Virus record (IMG/VR): IMGVR_UViG_2923339551_000001
Source: a virus
Taxonomy: Duplodnaviria; Heunggongvirae; Uroviricota; Caudoviricetes
Direction: 5' to 3' (one strand)
DNA length: 37,127 bases
Shown here one piece after another: positions 36,123 to 37,127 of this stretch (the first letter of the stretch is position 1; each line of letters starts with the position of its first letter). The notes under the pieces were generated by a model. It saw only the letters and a program-made list of their open reading frames with translations. It had not been told where the DNA came from and ran no database searches. Both the position numbers and the translations under genes were made by a program.

Positions 36123-37127
36123 ATGTCGATTAAGAAGCTCGAAGATGGTCGTTATTTGCTGGACATCAGGCCGAACGGACGCAAGGGAAAGCGCGTGCGT
36201 AAGGTATTTGACAAAAAATCGGTAGCGGTGGCCACTGAACGCTACATCATGGCGAACGCTGAAAAGCGGGAATATATACAGGGCTACCGTGATCGTCGAA
36301 CGCTAAATGATTTGCTTGAGTTGTGGTGGATGTATCACGGCCAGCACAGGCGTAAGGCGGAAGAAGACCGAAAACAACTGCGCAACATAATCAATGAGCT
36401 TGGCGCTGATATGCAGGCTGTGGATCTTGATAAGCTGAAAATTATCGCGTGGCGTTCTCAAAAGATAGCTGAAGGATTGAAACCGTCATCTGCTAACAGG
36501 TACATGAATCGGTTATCCGGAATGTTTACCGTGCTGAAAAAAATAGGTCTTTGGGATGCAGAACATCCAGTAAGGGGAATTTCTATTCTTTATGTATCTC
36601 CACGAGAAATGGCGTTCCTGTCACAGAAGGAAGTGGCGCTATTGCTCGATACACTGGAGGGCGACTACTGGCGTGTTGCGCTTTTGTGTTTAAGCACAGG
36701 GGCGCGCTGGAGTGAAGCTTGTAAGCTTCGTGGTGAACAGATAGTTCATAACCGTGTAACGTTTCTTGAAACCAAAAATGGCCGGAAGAGAACAGTGCCA
36801 ATTTCGCAGGCAGTTTGTGAGGCGATCAAAACCAGAGAAACAGGCGGCTTGTTTGAGGTGAAGTACCGGGAATTCTGCCTGGCGCTGAAAAGAGTTAAGC
36901 CCGATTTACCAAAAGGCCAGGCTGCACATGTGCTGCGGCATACGTTCGCCAGCCATTTTGTGATGAACGGAGGAAACATTATTGCGCTTCAGAAGATTCT
37001 TGGTCACGCAACCATTCAGCAAACAATGGCATATGCGCATTTTGCACCGGATTACCTGCAGGATGCGGTGGCCCTTAATCCGCTGAAAGGTGGCGTAAGT
37101 GTCCACGCAGTGTCCACGGGGGATTAA
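36123..37127 (+). CDS. int: Tyrosine integrase
   Basis: Track ORF 36108-37127; start placed at the ATG at 36123 (GGAGGG Shine-Dalgarno), about 334 aa; C-terminal HxxR...Y catalytic region (VLRHTFASH...MAYAHF); ends at the window edge. Confidence 0.9.
   Translation: MSIKKLEDGRYLLDIRPNGRKGKRVRKVFDKKSVAVATERYIMANAEKREYIQGYRDRRTLNDLLELWWMYHGQHRRKAEEDRKQLRNIINELGADMQAVDLDKLKIIAWRSQKIAEGLKPSSANRYMNRLSGMFTVLKKIGLWDAEHPVRGISILYVSPREMAFLSQKEVALLLDTLEGDYWRVALLCLSTGARWSEACKLRGEQIVHNRVTFLETKNGRKRTVPISQAVCEAIKTRETGGLFEVKYREFCLALKRVKPDLPKGQAAHVLRHTFASHFVMNGGNIIALQKILGHATIQQTMAYAHFAPDYLQDAVALNPLKGGVSVHAVSTGD

Larger units (their letters stand above)
4571..37127. mobile_element. P2-like (Peduovirus-type) prophage, apparently complete, with an internal inversion
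   Basis: Full set of P2 homologues from ogr to int in P2 order; integrase ends exactly at the window edge. Confidence 0.85.

Overview
This window is almost entirely one P2-like (Peduovirus-type) prophage, about 32.5 kb (roughly 4571-37127), lying next to the host flk gene (1-996); it ends at the stop codon of the integrase gene, so attL lies beyond the window. All calls rest on reading the six-frame translations against remembered P2 protein families; no database search was possible. Read right to left the prophage has the canonical P2 order: int, C, cox, early small genes, A, cos, Q-P, O-N-M-L-X, lysis genes, R-S-V-W-J-I-H-G, then D-ogr. The main anomalies and cargo are: (1) the FI-FII-E/E'-T-U tail block (6141-11716) is inverted relative to D-ogr and to H-G; (2) both classical P2 cargo hotspots are occupied, the G/FI (Z/fun) site by an AT-rich hexapeptide-repeat acetyltransferase (11887-12450) and the tin/old site by an AT-rich 3-TM membrane protein (26768-27298), next to a ParM/ParR partition cassette and a zinc-ribbon protein; (3) between flk and ogr lies an AT-rich islet with an unlisted Hok/Gef-type toxin ORF (4240-4380), a ~1.5 kb cassette bounded by ~105-bp inverted repeats and 12-bp direct repeats carrying a lone RES-domain gene (2672-4178), and a two-gene module of unknown function (1254-2484). 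The most likely candidates for an undescribed system are the tin/old-position membrane protein and the IR-bounded RES cassette. Coordinates I derived by hand (internal starts, the hok ORF, repeat edges) may be off by a few nucleotides; ORF-track coordinates were treated as authoritative.
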